Of a stretch of DNA of 64,000 nucleotides, positions 60,541-64,000 are shown in pieces (positions within the stretch are counted from its first letter, which is position 1; the number at the start of each line of letters is the position of its first letter). The DNA is from an uncultured Acidobacteriota bacterium (GTDB lineage Bacteria > Acidobacteriota > Thermoanaerobaculia > Gp7-AA8). A program made the position numbers and the translations under genes. The notes beneath the pieces are model-generated. The model saw only the letters and a program-made list of their open reading frames with translations. It did no database searches and was not told the origin of the DNA. The stretch spans positions 736,001-800,000 of the forward strand of contig CAVUKB010000007.1 in NCBI GenBank assembly GCA_963741955.1, in the 5' to 3' direction.

Positions 60541-61668
60541 ATGCGAATTTTTCAGATCCTCGAGAAGAACCGCTTCAACACCGGATCGGTTCATCAGATG
60601 TTCCAGGCTGCGAGCGCTCTTCGCGAGCGGGGGCACGAGGTCTGGGTGGTGAGCCGGCCGGGAGAAGAGCTCGAGCGACGGGCACGCGAGGCCGGTCTCG
60701 GGTTTGCGGGCTTCCCATTCCGCAACGAGCTCGATCTGAAGACGATCCGCGGAGTCGCGCATCTGGTGGGGGAGCAGGGGCCCGACGTGATCCACGTGCA
60801 CAAAGGGCTCTCCCACACCCTCGCTCTCGTCGCGACGTGGAGGGATCGGGTGCCGGCCTTCGTCGTCAACCGCGGAGTCTCCTTTCCGCTCCGTCCATGG
60901 AACCGGCTGAAGTACACCACCCGCCGGGTCGACCGCGTCGTGACGGTCTGCGAAGACATACGCCAGGTGATCATCCGCAGCGGGAGGGTCGATCCGGCGA
61001 AGGTCGTCGTGATCTACGCCGGAGTCGATCTGGACGTCTTCGATCCCCGGCGATGGAGCGGTGAGGAGTTCCGCGTCGAGAAGGGGATCGACACGGACCG
61101 GTTTCTCTTCATGCAGGTCGGAGTTCGCGAGTGGAAGGGATGGCGTGAGCTGGTCGACGCCTTCTCGGATCTCGCCTCCGAATATCCCGCGGCAGCCCTC
61201 GCGCTCGTCGCCTGCAAGGATCCGCAGCAGGAACGGGAAGTTCGTGACTATGCCACCACGGCGGGAGTGGGCGACCGGGTTCACCCGGTCGAGTACCGAT
61301 CCGACATGGCGCGCGTCCTTTCCGCCGCGGACTGCGTGATCGATGCCTCGTGGGCGGGAACCGGAATCACCGGAACCATCCGTGAGGCGATGGCGCTCGG
61401 GAAACCGGTGATCGCGACTGACTGCGGAGGAAACCGCGAGCTTCTCTCGACTCCGGACGTCGGATGGCTGGTCCCCGCAAAGGAGCGCAGCCGCCTGGCT
61501 GGCGCGATGCGGGAGATCGCGGGAGATCGTGAGAGGCGAGAGGCCGTCGGGCGGGGAGCGATGGCGCACGTGCGGGCCGGATTTTCGAAGGAGCACCGCA
61601 TCGACTCACTCGAGCGGCTCTACCGCGAGATCGTGGAATCCAGTCCGGCAGGAGTCCGTCGCGAATAA
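60541..61668 (+). CDS. GT4 family glycosyltransferase
   Basis: RGHEV, PDVIHVH, IYAGVD and EAMALGKPVIATDCGG. Confidence 0.9.
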   Translation: MRIFQILEKNRFNTGSVHQMFQAASALRERGHEVWVVSRPGEELERRAREAGLGFAGFPFRNELDLKTIRGVAHLVGEQGPDVIHVHKGLSHTLALVATWRDRVPAFVVNRGVSFPLRPWNRLKYTTRRVDRVVTVCEDIRQVIIRSGRVDPAKVVVIYAGVDLDVFDPRRWSGEEFRVEKGIDTDRFLFMQVGVREWKGWRELVDAFSDLASEYPAAALALVACKDPQQEREVRDYATTAGVGDRVHPVEYRSDMARVLSAADCVIDASWAGTGITGTIREAMALGKPVIATDCGGNRELLSTPDVGWLVPAKERSRLAGAMREIAGDRERREAVGRGAMAHVRAGFSKEHRIDSLERLYREIVESSPAGVRRE

Positions 61669-61706
61669 TCCATCCACCGTCCGGTTGTTCATCCTTGTCG
61701 ACTCGC

Positions 61707-62648
61707 ATGCGGATCTACACCAACTCGGTCTTCTACCGTCACGACACCGGGCCCGGTCATCCGGAGACCGCCACCCGTCTCGATGCGGCATTCGAAGGAG
61801 TGCGCCGTGCCGGAATGCTGCGTGAGATCGTCCGCGACGCGCCCGAGCATCCGGACACGAACCGGATCATCACCCGAGTGCACATCCCGCACTACGTCGA
61901 GCAGTTCGCGGCGACCGCCGGGGGAGGGGCGCGACTCTTCCAGTCCCTCGACAACCCGATCTCTTCCGACTCGTACCGCGCGGCGCGGCTCGCCGTCGCC
62001 ACCGCCCTCGATGCGGCCGACGACGTCTGGATCCGGCAGCGGACGCGGCGCGCGTTCGTCGTCGCCCGCCCTCCCGGCCATCACGCCGAACGGGCCGAAG
62101 CTCTCGGATTCTGCTTTTTCAACACCATCGCATGCGTCGCGGAGTTCCTTCGTGAAGTCGCCGCGGTGGAGAGGGTCCTCATCTTCGACTGGGACGTCCA
62201 CCACGGCAACGGGACCCAGCACATCTTCGAAGAGCGGGACGACGTGTTCTACGTCTCAACCCATCAGTACCCTTTCTATCCGGGGACCGGAGCAGCCGAG
62301 GAGATCGGAACCGGAATGGGCCGCGGTATGACCCGTAACTTCCCCCTCCCTGCCGGGTCGGGCGATGCCGCCTACCTCCGCGTGGTCGAGGAACAGGTCA
62401 TTCCACTCGTCGACGAGTACTGTCCGGGAGCGATTCTGATCTCCGCCGGGTTCGACGCGCACCGGCGGGATCCTCTCGCCGACATGCAGGTGACCGAACG
62501 CGCATTCGGAGAGATCTCCCGGAGGATGATCGAAGCGGCGGATCGTCACTGCGGCGGCCGCATCCTCTCTCTTCTGGAGGGGGGCTACGATCCGGAAGGT
62601 CTCGCGGCGAGCGTGATGGAGCACCTGGCCGCAGGCGGTCAATCATGA
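61707..62648 (+). CDS. Histone deacetylase family (Zn-dependent) protein
   Basis: HPE, RPPGHHA, GFC, DWDVHHGNGTQ, SAGFD and LEGGY. Confidence 0.95.
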   Translation: MRIYTNSVFYRHDTGPGHPETATRLDAAFEGVRRAGMLREIVRDAPEHPDTNRIITRVHIPHYVEQFAATAGGGARLFQSLDNPISSDSYRAARLAVATALDAADDVWIRQRTRRAFVVARPPGHHAERAEALGFCFFNTIACVAEFLREVAAVERVLIFDWDVHHGNGTQHIFEERDDVFYVSTHQYPFYPGTGAAEEIGTGMGRGMTRNFPLPAGSGDAAYLRVVEEQVIPLVDEYCPGAILISAGFDAHRRDPLADMQVTERAFGEISRRMIEAADRHCGGRILSLLEGGYDPEGLAASVMEHLAAGGQS

Positions 62649-63673
62649 ACGGCAGAACGCGCCGCCGGCTCCAGGTTCTGCTGATGGTCGTCCTCACCGC
62701 GGGCCTCCTGTATTTGTTTCTCCGCAACAGCGACCCGTCCTCGGTCTGGCGTGCGATCGATGACACGAACCTCTTCTGGCTCGCGGTCGCGCTGGTCACG
62801 AACTTTCTGGCGCTGCTTTTCCGCGCGCAACGATGGCGCACCATCATCTCTCCGGACCATCCGCCCCGCTTCTATCCCACGTTCTTCGCCACCGCGCTCG
62901 GATTCATGTCCTCGGCTCTCCTCCCGATCCGGGCGGGCGATGTGGTTCGCCCCGCGCTTCTGAGCCGCCGCACCGACATCCGTTTCTCCACAGCGTTCGG
63001 TACCGTAGTGACCGAGCGCGTCCTCGACCTCTTCGCGATTCTGGTGATCGTTCTCTCGTTCGTGCTACTCGCGCTGCGCAGTCCGGGCAGCGTGATGCCG
63101 GGAATGGCTCCGATCCTCCGGAGCGCCGGCCTCGTCGCACTGGCGATCTTCGTGGTGATGCTCGGATTCGTCGTCTCGGTCTACTTTTTCAGTGATTCCG
63201 TCCGCCGTATGCACGAGTGGCTCGGACGATTCGTCCCGCGCCGCTTCCATGATTCATGGATGCGCTTCTTCGACTCCTTCACCGGAAGCCTTCGGGTGGT
63301 GAACGACGGACGGGCATTCCTGATGATTCTCGCCTGCACCGTGCTGATCTGGACCTCCCTCACCGCCGAGTTCTATTTTCTGATGCTGGCGATGCACCAC
63401 CCTCTCCCGTACCGCGCGAGTTTTCTGGTGACCGGGGTCAGCATTCTGGGGCTGATGCTCCCGACACCGGGGGGCGTGGGTGGATTCCACAAGGCTTGTC
63501 AGATCGCCCTCGTCCAGTTCTACGGATTCGACGTCAGCACCTCGGTCGCGGTCGCACTCCTCCTCCATCTTGTCGGCACCGCCCCGGTTCTGCTCACCGG
63601 CGCCGCGCTCGCAATCCGGGAAGGATTGACCCTCGGGCAGATCTCGCGCATTGGCGAAAACTTCGAACAGTGA
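62645..63673 (+). CDS. Lysylphosphatidylglycerol synthase TM-domain / flippase-like protein
   Basis: RAQRW, PIRAGDVVRP, ERVLD and PTPGGVG.FH. Confidence 0.88.
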   Translation: MNGRTRRRLQVLLMVVLTAGLLYLFLRNSDPSSVWRAIDDTNLFWLAVALVTNFLALLFRAQRWRTIISPDHPPRFYPTFFATALGFMSSALLPIRAGDVVRPALLSRRTDIRFSTAFGTVVTERVLDLFAILVIVLSFVLLALRSPGSVMPGMAPILRSAGLVALAIFVVMLGFVVSVYFFSDSVRRMHEWLGRFVPRRFHDSWMRFFDSFTGSLRVVNDGRAFLMILACTVLIWTSLTAEFYFLMLAMHHPLPYRASFLVTGVSILGLMLPTPGGVGGFHKACQIALVQFYGFDVSTSVAVALLLHLVGTAPVLLTGAALAIREGLTLGQISRIGENFEQ

Positions 63674-63765
63674 TAAATAGCGCTGCATGAGGCGGCCGGA
63701 TGATCCACTCAGGGCGTCGAGCGGATCTCGATGGCCCGGGAGAGCGGCCGCGGCAGGACGGGCCG

Positions 63766-64000
63766 ATGCGTTGTCCCTATTGTGGAAGCACTGAAGATCG
63801 GGTGGTGGATTCCCGTGAAAGCCGGGAAGGCGACGTTATTCGCCGGCGGCGCGAGTGCGTTCACTGTGAGCGGCGCTTCACGAGCTACGAAAAGATCGAG
63901 CAGCTTCCCCTCTACGTGGTCAAGAGGGACGAGCGTCGCGAACCGTTCGAACGGGAGAAGCTCTTGCGAGGGCTGCTGATCGCCTGCCGGAAACGTCCGG
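63766..64000 (+). CDS. nrdR: Transcriptional repressor NrdR (partial; runs off the window end)
   Basis: Not in the ORF track. [42 protein letters not shown]...KRP. Confidence 0.95.
   Translation, partial: MRCPYCGSTEDRVVDSRESREGDVIRRRRECVHCERRFTSYEKIEQLPLYVVKRDERREPFEREKLLRGLLIACRKRP

Overview
This is a high-GC bacterial chromosome segment. Gene families and style suggest Acidobacteriota, probably Thermoanaerobaculia (inference). It is mostly housekeeping and accessory metabolism: purB, rlpA, ftsB, wzm/wzt, larE/larB, clpB, an aspA/fumC-family lyase, thpR, nrdR and several peptidases (M1, M28, M49, S8). It also has a Fur/PerR-rubrerythrin-DUF3501-Fe-S oxidoreductase operon with two clear 7-1-7 operator boxes, and an ArsR/DUF2892/TolC-MFP-RND/DUF302/TauE cluster. 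No rRNA, tRNA, CRISPR array, integrase or transposase was recognised. The most notable items are: (1) an island at about 15.0-18.8 kb with an AraC-like HTH gene, a secreted S8 protease and a secreted partner gene, followed by a diverged ~1.05-kb tandem copy made of an orphan protease C-terminus plus a partner paralogue, an arrangement like polymorphic-toxin cassettes; (2) a coupled Eco57I-like adenine methyltransferase and SNF2 helicase pair with no visible nuclease; (3) a dispersed ~52-bp GTGGG double-hairpin repeat family whose stems covary, twice arranged as inverted doublets; (4) a ~330-bp intergenic element with long imperfect inverted ends. All calls come from reading motifs by eye; no database searches were run.
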